Shown: piece by piece, positions 63,562-64,000 of the stretch | Layout of the letters: each line of letters opens with the position of its first letter | How positions within the stretch are numbered: position 1 is the stretch's first letter | Origin: a virus | Lineage: Duplodnaviria > Caudoviricetes | DNA: 64,000 bases | IMG/VR virus record: IMGVR_UViG_3300042307_000844 | Strand: one strand, 5' to 3' | Notes under the pieces: model-generated | Databases searched by the model: none | Seen by the model: the letters and a program-made list of their open reading frames with translations, nothing else | Told to the model about the DNA's origin: nothing | Position numbers and translations under genes: made by a program

Positions 63562-63816
63562 TTATTTTTCGTGATATCCACTTGGGGAATGAATGCAACC
63601 ATGACCGGATGCCGTATTTCCACACCACCTACACTTGTTCTTGCCACTACCATGCTTGTGCTTCTTCACGGGACTAAGTGTGCATCCTGCACCATAGCCT
63701 GTCTGTCCACAAAATTCACATTTCCTTTCATCATCAAAGTGTTCATGCTTTCCATAAGGGGAAGCGGGACATCCTAGACCATATGATGAGGACTGACAGT
63801 ATCTACATTGGGACAT
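63562..63816 (-). CDS. Small Cys/His-rich triple-repeat protein (putative metal-binding)
   Basis: Three C-x2-C-x7-GC-x2-SP-x3-H units; TAAATA-N5-ATG. Confidence 0.75.
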   Translation of the reverse strand: MSQCRYCQSSSYGLGCPASPYGKHEHFDDERKCEFCGQTGYGAGCTLSPVKKHKHGSGKNKCRWCGNTASGHGCIHSPSGYHEK

Positions 63817-64000
63817 GGTATTATTTAATCTCAAGAATTCTCTTGGCATTCAGTCCCCCGACCTTGTTCGTTGGGTGATCCTTGCGTGTTGGAAATCTAT
63901 CATGGACTTCATAGAATGATATAAACGCCGCAATATCCTTATCATTGATATTTCTGCAAGTATCTAACATATGTTGTTCTCCGCTTGGTAGAATTACATT

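Noticed and set aside
1-64000. Stop-codon reassignment
   Set aside because: Core genes are intact in the standard code, TAG and TGA terminate genes, and no suppressor-anticodon tRNA was found (Leu-UAA is a normal sense anticodon).

Overview
This is a 64-kb piece of a large T4-like myophage genome in the standard genetic code; the host cannot be determined from sequence alone. The left ~34 kb holds morphogenesis and nucleotide-metabolism genes: scaffold, gp23 capsid, gp20 portal, gp13, gp15, a split gp5, nrdAB, thyX, a DinG-like helicase, a ClpP-like protease, an endolysin and a CCA-adding enzyme. Five homing-endonuclease-like genes are interspersed. A seven-tRNA operon (33.7-34.4 kb) is preceded by an uncalled 20-codon leader ORF and an intrinsic terminator. 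Leader codons 3-14 specify only, and all of, the seven amino acids of those tRNAs, and the RNA has 1:2 / 2:3 / 3:4 pairing options, so it looks like a tRNA-depletion-sensing attenuator. From ~40 to 63 kb the minus strand is a dense array of roughly 75 small gene cassettes. Each starts with the same non-canonical leaderless promoter (AAAAACTAR-NN-NANNNT-N6/N9-ATG), fused to the stop codon of the previous gene. Other features are a perfect parS palindrome, several structurally odd tRNAs or tRNA-like RNAs, and an origin/terminus-like junction near 40 kb.
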